A stretch of DNA of 64,000 bases from positions 96,001 through 160,000 of the IMG/VR virus record IMGVR_UViG_3300005529_000023, one strand, 5' to 3'. This stretch comes from a virus. The position numbers and the translations under genes were made by a program. Under the pieces are notes generated by a model, which was given only the letters and a program-made list of their open reading frames with translations, was not told the DNA's origin and made no database searches. Positions within the stretch are counted from its first letter, which is position 1, and every line of letters begins with the position of its first letter. Positions 44,992 through 53,400 of this stretch are shown piece by piece.

Positions 44992-47142
44992 ATGTCTCTA
45001 AGAGTAGTAACACCATTCGTAAATACGAACATTCCCGGCGCGTATCCTAACGTCACGGTTCAGAGTAACCCAGTAGGACTTGGCGCTTCCGGCATCGTCG
45101 TGCTCATCGGTGAAGCTGATGGCGGCAACGGCTATCAGAACGTAGCACTAAAGAACAACTCGTTTACTCCTGACCAGCTTGATAAGGTGATGGCGACATA
45201 CCTCAGCGGCCAAGTTGTAGACGCATTCCGCGCTCTCTCGGCACCTTCGAGCGATCCAGATATTACCGCTTCGGCAAACTTAGTTTACATCGTCAAGACC
45301 AATCAGGGCAACAAGGCTTCTGCTTTGGTTGACACGGACTATGGTACGCTCCAGGACCAAAACTGGGGTAAGCCAGGTAACCTGTACAAATATGACATTA
45401 CATCGACCCAAGCAGAAGTTGCTCCTACCCTTCAGGGCGGAACAATTCCATCACTTGGCGCAGCCCTTAACGGCGTTAGTTTCACTATCCGCTTGAATGG
45501 TGCAGCTGCAAGCGTTGTAACCCTAAGCAACACGACTGGCAACCACGATACGATTCCACATCTTGTTTCGGAGCTAAACCCTCTTCTCCCAGCGGGTGTG
45601 ACTGCTTCGGCAGGTACCGCTCCAAGCTCGATCGCTCTAACGGTAACTGCAGACGCTGCAGCTTATCGCAAGGGCTGGGGCAAATCGTTTGAACTCAATG
45701 ACTCAACTCCTGGCGATCTAACAGCGCTAGGACTAGTTGCCGGCCTCCAAGTTTCGTCTGAAGAACCAGGCGTAGAAGTCGCAGTTGTTCGCCCAGACAA
45801 CAACACTAACGAAACATTCGATATTAGCGCTGTAGTCGCTCTCCAGGTTGGTTATCAGGGTACAACTGGTACTCTAACCATCAATGGAACTACGGTCAGC
45901 ACTACTGTTGTTGGTGGATCTGGAGCAAACCTAAGTATCCCCGTCTCGCAGTTTAAGACTTGCGCTGACCTTGCAACTTTCATTGCAGCTCAGACAGGTT
46001 ACAGCTGCGTTTGCGCCCCAGCCGCACAGCAACTTGCTCCAAGCAAGCTTGACCAAGTTACGGCTATCGGAATCTGCTCTACAGGCGCTGGACTACTTCC
46101 AGGCCGCGTAAAGAAGGCAGCAAGCGACTTCCAGGCTACCATGGCTACTTCGCGTGTTACCAGCTTCGTTGTTGGGGCTAACGGCAATGCCGGACTACCT
46201 AGCCCAATGACTGCTGCTGCATTCCTATCGGGTGGAACTCGTGGTTCTACCGCAGCTGCAGACATCGTTAATGCCTTGAGCCAGATTGCTGGTATTCAAT
46301 GCAACATCATTGTTCCTCTGTTCTCTCAGGACGCTTCGGCTGACATTACCGCAGGTAAAACTGACAGCGGCAGCACATATACAATTGCTGCAATCAACGC
46401 TGCAACTAAGTCTCACTGCCTAGAGTTCAGTACGCCAAAGCTCAAAAAGAACCGTATGGCGATGCTTTCGTACCTCAATACTTACACAAACTGTAAGGCA
46501 CAGGCACAGAGCCTCGGCAACTACCGCGTTTCTCTCTGCATGCAGCAAGTCACTCAGGTTGATAGTACTGGCAACGTCCAGACCTTCCAGCCTTGGTATC
46601 TTGCAACCGTAGCAGCTGGTATGCAGACTGGTGGATTCTACAAGTCCATCACAAACAAGGCTGCAAACGTCATTGCCCACATCGATCCAAGTGGATTCGA
46701 TTCGGGAAGCCCTGGCGATGTTGAAGATGCAATCAGCGCAGGTATTTTGTTCCTATCCAGAGACACTTCTCGTGAATACTGGGTCAGCGACCAGACGACT
46801 TACGGCTTCGATACCAACTTCGTATACAACAGCATTCAGGCTGTTTACGATTCGGACATCATTGCACTCGATCTAGCTTCGAGCTTCCAGACAAGCTTTG
46901 TTGGTAAGTCTCTTGCCGACGTTGACGCTGCTACTGGCCTAGCTTTCCTAGCTCAGAAGATGGACGGCTATAAGAAGTTGAAGCTAATCGCTGCAAGTGA
47001 CGACGCTCCTCTTGGTTACAAGAATCAGAAAATCTCGATTAGCGGTCCAGAGATGGATGTATCGGTTGAGATCAAGCTCGCTACTGCGATCTACTTCATC
47101 CCAATCAGCATCAACTTCTCGCAAGTACAGAGCGCCGCTTAA
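44992..47142 (+). CDS. Tail sheath protein
   Basis: 716 aa; IPGAYPNVTV, VLIGEADGG, C-terminal sheath motifs (AISAGILFL, DQTTY, IYFIPISI); followed by the tube gene. Confidence 0.92.
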   Translation: MSLRVVTPFVNTNIPGAYPNVTVQSNPVGLGASGIVVLIGEADGGNGYQNVALKNNSFTPDQLDKVMATYLSGQVVDAFRALSAPSSDPDITASANLVYIVKTNQGNKASALVDTDYGTLQDQNWGKPGNLYKYDITSTQAEVAPTLQGGTIPSLGAALNGVSFTIRLNGAAASVVTLSNTTGNHDTIPHLVSELNPLLPAGVTASAGTAPSSIALTVTADAAAYRKGWGKSFELNDSTPGDLTALGLVAGLQVSSEEPGVEVAVVRPDNNTNETFDISAVVALQVGYQGTTGTLTINGTTVSTTVVGGSGANLSIPVSQFKTCADLATFIAAQTGYSCVCAPAAQQLAPSKLDQVTAIGICSTGAGLLPGRVKKAASDFQATMATSRVTSFVVGANGNAGLPSPMTAAAFLSGGTRGSTAAADIVNALSQIAGIQCNIIVPLFSQDASADITAGKTDSGSTYTIAAINAATKSHCLEFSTPKLKKNRMAMLSYLNTYTNCKAQAQSLGNYRVSLCMQQVTQVDSTGNVQTFQPWYLATVAAGMQTGGFYKSITNKAANVIAHIDPSGFDSGSPGDVEDAISAGILFLSRDTSREYWVSDQTTYGFDTNFVYNSIQAVYDSDIIALDLASSFQTSFVGKSLADVDAATGLAFLAQKMDGYKKLKLIAASDDAPLGYKNQKISISGPEMDVSVEIKLATAIYFIPISINFSQVQSAA

Positions 47143-47165
47143 TTTAAGGAATAAGGAGATAGCAT

Positions 47166-47618
47166 ATGCCATCTAAAGTCTTAACAGGTGCGAGAGCAAA
47201 GGTATACGTCAACAACAAGTTGGTCGGTATCTTCGAAACTTGCACGTACAACATGAACATCGGAACGGAGCCAATTCATCTTCTAGGCCGTTACAGCCCT
47301 GATGAAATTACTCCTACTTCATACGAAGCAGTTACAATTTCGTGCTCTGGATTCCGCGTTGTTGGCCAAGGCCCACACGTTCTTCCAGCAGTTCCAAAGA
47401 TTCAGGATTTGCTCACCCTTGATGGTGTTACCCTTGCGGTAGTCGATCGTCAGTCGGGAACTACAATCCTTACTGCAATTGGGTGCGTCCCCAATTCGTA
47501 CAACGGAAACCATAACGCTCGCGCTACAAGCCGTGTTACTATCAACTACACAGGACTTAGACTCAGCGACGAATCTGGTGACCAAGACGAAGGTACCGGC
47601 GCAGTCAACCTCCCATAA
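47166..47618 (+). CDS. Tail tube protein
   Basis: 150 aa; LTGARAKVYVNNKLVG; EPIHLLGRY..DEI. Confidence 0.88.
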   Translation: MPSKVLTGARAKVYVNNKLVGIFETCTYNMNIGTEPIHLLGRYSPDEITPTSYEAVTISCSGFRVVGQGPHVLPAVPKIQDLLTLDGVTLAVVDRQSGTTILTAIGCVPNSYNGNHNARATSRVTINYTGLRLSDESGDQDEGTGAVNLP

Positions 47619-47645
47619 CCTGACCGATTCATTACATTATTCGGA

Positions 47646-47684
47646 AAGGCTCTTGGGAGGTATCCCAAGGGCCTTTTCCTTTTT
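47646..47684 (+). terminator. Intrinsic terminator after the tube gene
   Basis: AAGGCTCTTGGGA-GGTA-TCCCAAGGGCCTT followed by a T-rich tail. Confidence 0.8.
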
Positions 47685-47770
47685 ATGCGGCATTGATGCT
47701 AGTGGCAACATGCCTGACTTCCAATCAGGATTCATCAGTTCGATTCTGATATGCCGCTCCACTTTTTTGG

Positions 47771-47800
47771 TTGTTTTCTAAAAAACGACTATGATATAGT
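47771..47800 (+). promoter_or_regulatory. Sigma70-like promoter of the tRNA array
   Basis: TTGTTT-18 nt-TATAGT with TG extension; ends 3 nt before the tRNA-Ile acceptor strand. Confidence 0.6.
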
Positions 47801-47803
47801 CCC

Positions 47804-47879
47804 AAATGTGTAGCTCAGTTGGTAGAGCAGTTGCTTGATAAGCGAAAGGTCGTTGGTTCGAATCCAGCCACGCCGACCA
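47804..47879 (+). tRNA. tRNA-Ile(GAT), acceptor positions 1-3 mismatched
   Basis: Canonical D- and T-arms; loop TTGATAA; CCA; 5' AAATGTG vs 3' CACGCCG. Confidence 0.75.
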
Positions 47880-48014
47880 CGTAAGAGCGGTAATCTATAA
47901 GGTAAGTATGAACATGAGTAGATTTTATAAACATAATCAACGCCCAGAGGAACTCCCTGATATGTAGGACTGTGTTCATTATTGCCCAATCTCCTTAAAT
48001 AGAAACCCGAACAC

Positions 48015-48045
48015 AGCCCTCCTACGAAAGTACGAGGGCTTTTTT
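48015..48045 (+). terminator. Intrinsic terminator-like hairpin
   Basis: AGCCCTC/GAGGGCT stem followed by TTTTT. Confidence 0.6.
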
Positions 48046-48064
48046 ATTTCTACGAGACGAATTT

Positions 48065-48304
48065 ATGGAATTTTACAGACAATGCAAACTTAGATCCAAT
48101 GGCACCGAGCTGACGTGTTGGATCGAGGAAAGAGGGGCCAGGGTAGGTTGGCTCATTACGTTAGAGGACTACCCTGGCCAGTTGTGGAAGGTTATGGACG
48201 TTTATACGAAGCTACCTAAGCACGTAGTCTTTGAACAAGAACGTGACTACCTGAATCAAAGAAAGGCTTCCGACATTAAGAGCGGAAGTAGAGAGAGGTT
48301 TTAA
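48065..48304 (+). CDS. Hypothetical protein within the tRNA array
   Basis: 79 aa; YRQCKL...TCWI...GWLITL...WKV. Confidence 0.7.
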   Translation: MEFYRQCKLRSNGTELTCWIEERGARVGWLITLEDYPGQLWKVMDVYTKLPKHVVFEQERDYLNQRKASDIKSGSRERF

Positions 48305-48331
48305 CAGAATAGGGCGCATAGCGCCGACAAG

Positions 48332-48421
48332 CTAGCGGCAGACCAGTCTGGAGTGGTCGCCTGCCTTGGAAGCAGGAGAGACAGTGTCCTTGCGAAGGTT
48401 CAAATCCTTCCCGCTAGACCA
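48332..48421 (+). tRNA. tRNA-Pro(TGG) with long variable arm
   Basis: CTAGCGG/CCGCTAG; CCTGC-CTTGGAA-GCAGG; 17-nt variable region; CCA. Confidence 0.85.
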
Positions 48422-48430
48422 TTTTAAAAT

Positions 48431-48508
48431 AGTGCCTTCGTTCAGCCTGGTCCAGGACACTTGCCTGTCAAGCAAGAAACGCGGGTTCAAATCCCGTAGG
48501 CACTGCCA
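48431..48508 (+). tRNA. tRNA-Asp(GTC)
   Basis: AGTGCCT/AGGCACT; loop CTGTCAA; G73; CCA. Confidence 0.92.
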
Positions 48509-48565
48509 GTTTTGTAGGAAAAAATATACGGATCTTTGTAGGAGAAAAATACGATTTTGAAAGAG

Positions 48566-48641
48566 CTTTGCCAAGCTAACTCAGTAGAAGCGCGTGTTTG
48601 AAGCACACGAGGACTCGGGGCAGCACCGAGGGCAAGCACCA
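48566..48641 (+). tRNA. tRNA-Phe(GAA), atypical T-loop, imperfect acceptor top
   Basis: CGTGT-TTGAAGC-ACACG; T-loop GGCAGCA; CTTTGCC vs GGCAAGC; CCA. Confidence 0.8.
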
Positions 48642-48672
48642 ACTTTATAGGAGAAATATACGGTTCAAAAAG

Positions 48673-48761
48673 CTTGTGGAGGTGACTGTCGGCTGGTCAC
48701 AACGGTCTGTAAAACCGTCGTCCTTAACTGGGCCTCGTAGGTTCAACTCCTACCCACTCGA
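48673..48761 (+). tRNA. tRNA-Tyr(GTA), acceptor positions 2-3 mismatched, CCA not encoded
   Basis: ACGGT-CTGTAAA-ACCGT; long variable arm; CTTGTGG vs CCACTCG. Confidence 0.75.
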
Positions 48762-48767
48762 CATTGT

Positions 48768-48842
48768 CTCGCAGTAGCTCAATGGAAGAGCAGGGCACTT
48801 CTAAGGCCAAGGTTGTAGGTTCGAGTCCTACCTGCGAGACCA
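48768..48842 (+). tRNA. tRNA-Arg(TCT)
   Basis: CTCGCAG/CTGCGAG; loop CTTCTAA (weak anticodon stem); CCA. Confidence 0.85.
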
Positions 48843-48847
48843 AAAGA

Positions 48848-48933
48848 ATTCAGGTGGTGGAATGGCAGACACCCTAGTCTTAGAAACTAGTGCCTGAGAA
48901 GGCGTGTGGGTTCAAGTCCCACCCTGAGTACCA
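48848..48933 (+). tRNA. tRNA-Leu(TAG)
   Basis: CTAGT-CTTAGAA-ACTAG; long variable arm; CCA. Confidence 0.92.
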
Positions 48934-48943
48934 TTTATACAGA

Positions 48944-49018
48944 GTTGCTTTCGTCTAGCGGCTAGGACAACAGACTTTCACTCTGAGAACACGGGTTCGA
49001 GTCCCGTAAGCAATACCA
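48944..49018 (+). tRNA. tRNA-Glu(TTC)
   Basis: GTTGCTT/AAGCAAT; loop CTTTCAC; CCA. Confidence 0.9.
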
Positions 49019-49043
49019 AAAGGAGAATATGATGTAAAGATAT

Positions 49044-49120
49044 CGCGCTGTAGTATTAACTGGACAAAACCATAGCCTACGAAGCTAGAGTTCTCGGTTC
49101 GAATCCGAGCAGCGCGGCCA
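49044..49120 (+). tRNA. tRNA-Arg(ACG)
   Basis: CGCGCTG/CAGCGCG; loop CTACGAA; CCA. Confidence 0.9.
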
Positions 49121-49123
49121 GTA

Positions 49124-49198
49124 CCCTCAGTAGCTTATAGAGTAAAGCCGTCGCCTGTGAAGCGATGTAAGAGGATGCAAGTTCCTCCTGTCGGACCA
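49124..49198 (+). tRNA. tRNA-His(GTG), A73, no encoded G-1, acceptor positions 3-4 mismatched
   Basis: GTCGC-CTGTGAA-GCGAT; T-loop TGCAAGT; CCCTCAG vs CTGTCGG; CCA. Confidence 0.8.
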
Positions 49199-49202
49199 AA
49201 TC

Positions 49203-49278
49203 TGTGCTGAAAGCTTTAGTAGATGAGCAGCGGACTTTTAATCCGTGGAAGAGGGCGCGATTCCCTACAGCACAACCA
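49203..49278 (+). tRNA. tRNA-Lys(TTT)
   Basis: TGTGCTG/CAGCACA; loop CTTTTAA; T-loop CGCGATT; CCA. Confidence 0.88.
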
Positions 49279-49282
49279 AGAT

Positions 49283-49357
49283 GGGGTTAAAGCTTTGACG
49301 GTGAAGCTCTTGGCTCTTAACCATGAGAATCGGGTCCAAGTCCCGATAGCCCCACCA
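49283..49357 (+). tRNA. tRNA-Lys(CTT)
   Basis: GGGGTTA/TAGCCCC; loop CTCTTAA; CCA. Confidence 0.88.
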
Positions 49358-49361
49358 AAAT

Positions 49362-49435
49362 TGCGGATTCGTTTAGTGGGAGGACCACGGTTTCTGACAC
49401 CGAAAGCCTGAGTTCGATTCTCAGATCCGCAGCCA
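49362..49435 (+). tRNA. tRNA-Gln(CTG)
   Basis: TGCGGAT/ATCCGCA; G73; loop TTCTGAC; CCA. Confidence 0.88.
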
Positions 49436-49443
49436 GATTATGT

Positions 49444-49518
49444 TGCGCCATCGTACAGCGGCTAGTACGGCGGTCTTTGACACCGACAACCTGGGTTCGA
49501 GTCCCAGTGGCGCTACCA
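49444..49518 (+). tRNA. tRNA-Gln(TTG), U1xU72 mismatch
   Basis: TGCGCCA vs TGGCGCT; loop CTTTGAC; CCA. Confidence 0.88.
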
Positions 49519-49574
49519 AATTATAATTAATGAATTTAGTGGAAGTTCAGGTTTTAAGTAAATATAATTAGAGA

Positions 49575-49616
49575 GCTGGTGTCCCATAGTAGGTGCGAAT
49601 CCTACCACCAGCTCCA
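49575..49616 (+). ncRNA. 42-nt acceptor-stem/T-arm minihelix with encoded CCA
   Basis: GCTGGTG-TCCCATA-GTAGG-TGCGAAT-CCTAC-CACCAGC-T-CCA. Confidence 0.7.
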
Positions 49617-49625
49617 GAAATTTGA

Positions 49626-49700
49626 TGCGGAGTAGCTCAGCGGTAGAGCAGTCGGCTGTTAACCGAAAGGTCGTTGGTTCAATCCCAACCTCCGCAGCCA
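49626..49700 (+). tRNA. tRNA-Asn(GTT)
   Basis: TGCGGAG/CTCCGCA; loop CTGTTAA; CCA. Confidence 0.93.
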
Positions 49701-49734
49701 TTTTCCAGCCAATCCCAGCCATAATCTTAAGTGG

Positions 49735-50091
49735 ATGAAGAATTGTGCTAGACCAATGTGTCCAGAGATAAATCCTCAACCAATATCTAGGTTTACTAAA
49801 AATAGAACTAGAAAAGACGGTCACCATCAGTGGTGTAAAACTTGTGTAAGGGAAAATGACAGAAAGCGAGATAGGGCGAGACAGTTACATAAACGTCCTT
49901 ATCTAAAACACAAAAAAGAGCATTGTGAAAAGTGCGCTTTTATAGCTATTCATCCGTGTCAGTTGGATGTTGATCATGTTGATGGAAACCACGAAAACAA
50001 TGATCCGAATAATTTACAGACCTTATGCGCTAATTGTCATCGGTTAAAAACTCAATTGAATAAAGATTTTTTAAAGTCTAAAGTGTTATAG
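49735..50091 (+). mobile_element. HNH endonuclease inserted in the tRNA array
   Basis: CEKC...QLDVDHVDGNHENNDPNNLQTLCANCHRLK; its stop overlaps the first bases of tRNA-Ser. Confidence 0.9.
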
Positions 50092-50179
50092 AGGGCTGTG
50101 TGAGCGGCTGAAACAGCTTCTTTGCTAAAGAAGTAGTCCCGCTAGGGACTCACAGGTTCGAATCCTGTGCCCTCTGCCA
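50090..50179 (+). tRNA. tRNA-Ser(GCT)
   Basis: AGAGGGC/GCCCTCT; loop TTGCTAA; long variable arm; G73; CCA. Confidence 0.92.
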
Positions 50180-50286
50180 AAATTCGGAGTACCTATCTGG
50201 ACGACTACCAGGAATAACGCGGTACACCTAAGCGAGGGGTAACAGTCAAAGAAAGTCACTTTGATATGCGCCCCTTGTTGATTTTT

Positions 50287-50360
50287 AGGGGAGTAAGATA
50301 ACGGCAGTCACATTGGCTCCAACCCAATGGGTGTTGGTTCAAATCCAGCCTCCCCTGCCA
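50287..50360 (+). tRNA. tRNA-Trp(CCA)
   Basis: AGGGGAG/CTCCCCT; ATTGG-CTCCAAC-CCAAT; CCA. Confidence 0.92.
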
Positions 50361-50414
50361 TCCTAATCTTTACTATATCAGCGAAAGGTCGCTGATTTTT
50401 GGCAAGGATAAGGT

Positions 50415-53400
50415 ATGGCTTTAGAAAGAAAATGGCCAGCGGTAGCTCCGCAGGCGTTTACCTCTGACGGTAATCAATTTGGTCTAATCATCGTTGCTGA
50501 CACGAAAGGTTTTCGTGTTAAGCAATCAGCTGTACTAACCAATAGCACTCCTGGCGTAACACTCCCAGTTCAGATCAAAAGAGTCATTAGCAAGACGCAA
50601 CTCGTTGTTGGCCAAATAGACAACAAGATCGCGCAATGGCCACCTCTTGATATTTCGACCTGGACGGTAGCATCTGGCGCAGCTATCAGCGCTGGAGAAC
50701 AAGATAAAAATAACGTCCCTGAAAAGGATCATTGGTCGGCTATTTACGAGGGAGATCCTGTAGTAGCCGATCGCGTCATCTTCGTCGATCAATACGGCAA
50801 TTTCTACGATGACAACAATCCACTTCCGATCTCATTCGATGGAACCGTCACAGTCGGAGCAGTCAAAATTCAAGACAGCGCCGGCAACCCACTTACTTCT
50901 ACCAGTGGCTCACTAAACGTAAACGTTACTGGCGGTGGATCAGGCGGAGGTATCGCTCAAACCCAAGTCAGAAGCGCACTGAACGTTTGGACTGACGTAG
51001 GTTACGCAGGTGGCGATCTAAACATGCCCGTGCAAGTGCAATCGGCACTCCCAGCAGGAACAAATCTACTTGGCAAGGTAGGGATCGATCAAACAACCCC
51101 CGGAACTACTAATAGGGTAGCTGCCAACCTAGATCTTTTGGCTGGCTCACCTTTCAGCGCGACCAACTATTTACCCGCAAGAATCACCAATGGAACGGCG
51201 TATGTTGATCCAACGCAAATCAGGGCGCTCACCGCCTCAGATGTCGTTAGTGCTGCACAATCTGGAGCTTGGACTGTTAAAGCCCAGCTACAAGATAATG
51301 CCGGTACAGCAATTACGCTTGGCCAAAAGACTATGTCGTCTTCGTTGCCGGTTACTCTATCTTCTGACCAGTCCGCACTTCCTGTAAGCCAGTCTGGAAC
51401 GTGGACAGTTCAACAGGGAACTTCTCCTTGGAGTGTTAGTCAATCAGGAACTTGGACTACGGGGCGTACATGGACCCTAGGATCTGGCACCGACTCCGTA
51501 ACAGCTATACAAGGTGGTTCTTGGAGCGTCGCTAACTTTCCTACTACCGTAGACACCAATTATGGTACTATAGGCGCAAGTTCACTAAGAACAGCTGCTC
51601 AAATTGGCAACGCTACAGGCGCAGCTGCTTTTGGAGCAGGAACCACATCTGCTCAAGTGCTTCGTGTCGTTCTTCCAACAGACCAATCGGCAATTCCAGC
51701 ATCCCAGTCGGGTACATGGAATATCAATAACATCAGCGGTACAATCTCTTTGCCAACTGGCGCTGCGACATCCGCCAACCAGACTACGCAAATTACTTCT
51801 CTTAATCAAATCGACACCGATTTACTTGCTTTCAAATCAGCAAATCATACAGATTTGGCGGCGTTGCTTGCTGTTTTTCCTTCTCCTATTGATGTCAATT
51901 ATGGGACCGTTGGTGCTAAAACACTTAGAAGTGCTGCTCAAATTGGTAATGCCACAGGTGCTGCCGACTTTGGATCAGGAGCTACAGGCGCTCAAACACT
52001 CAGAACAGCAACAAACCTATATGATGGTTCCGCAAATGCTCTTACATCTGAACTTATCGGATCAAAACGTGCATTAGATGTCTCCTCACTAACGAATAAT
52101 ACCGCGACTTCTGGTAGTGCAAATTCGCTTAATGGTATTGTTTTCACCTTAGATGCTACTGGATACACCACTGCCTATATTTACTCATCTGCTTCCCCTG
52201 CAAATGGTGCGGCAACTACTGTTACTTCTATATTCGAAGTTAGCAATGATAATGTAAACTGGATCACTACTCCAGCTCAAACTCTTCAATATGAACTTGC
52301 ACCAGCTGGTGGTAGTCCAGGTGGCATAACTGGTAGTACATATATGGTGCAAAGCGGAGCTGCTACCCAACCTTATATGTTTAAGGTTCGGATTAACGGA
52401 CGTTATTTGCGTCAACGCCTCGATTTCTATACTGGCTCAGGTTCAACCGTAACTTCGACTGTATATTTGAGTAGTGTTGATTCGAACGACTACATCATCA
52501 ATACCAACACAGTCATTACAGATCAGTTGGGACTCAATTCAATGGAGTTTGGTCAGAATACTATGTCAAGTAGTATACCTGTGGTTATCGCTTCTGACCA
52601 AACCGCAATTCCGGTTACAGTTTCTAGCTTACCTAGCACAGTAGATACCAACTTTGGAACGGTAGGAGCAAACACTTTACGAAGTGCTGCTCAAATTGGC
52701 AACGCTACAGGCGCAGCTGCTTTTGGAGCAGGAACTACATCTGCACAAGTTCTCCGCGTAGTTCTTCCAACAGACCAATCGGCAATTCCAGCTACTCAGT
52801 CAGGAACTTGGACAGTTCAACAAGGTGGAGCACCTTGGAGTGTAAGCCAATCTGGTGCGCCTTGGTCAGTATCTCAGTCTGGTACATGGACAGTCCAGCA
52901 AGGGACTCCTCCGTGGTCGGTTGTTGGTAACATTGCTTCAGGATCTGCAGATTCTGGCAATCCTTTAAAAGTAGGCGGTGTTTTCAACACAGCCTTTCCA
53001 ACTCTATCGAATGGTCAAAGAGGTGACATCCAGCTCGATTCATCGGCCAGACAGGTCATCGCACCACTCACGAATGCAAGCATTGTAAAATCCCAACTAC
53101 AAGACAATGCGGGCACCGCCATTACCCTTGGCCAGAAAACAATGGCTTCTTCTTTACCAGTCGCCATTGCTTCGGATCAAACCGCTATCCCTGCTTCTCA
53201 GTCTGGCACTTGGACCGTACAGCAAGGCGGTGCGCCTTGGTCTGTCAGTCAGTCAGGCACATGGACCGTACAGCAAGGAACTCCTCCTTGGCAGACGGTA
53301 GGTAACGTTGCTTCTGGCGCTGCAGATTCTGGCAATCCAGTTAAAGTTGGCGGAGTGTTCAATACAGCATTTCCAACTCTCACGAATGGCCAACGCGGAG

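Noticed and set aside
47789-49827. Track ORFs 47789..47989, 48332..48574, 48366..48560, 49223..49411 and 49513..49827
   Set aside because: They overlap tRNA genes and have no RBS or coding character.
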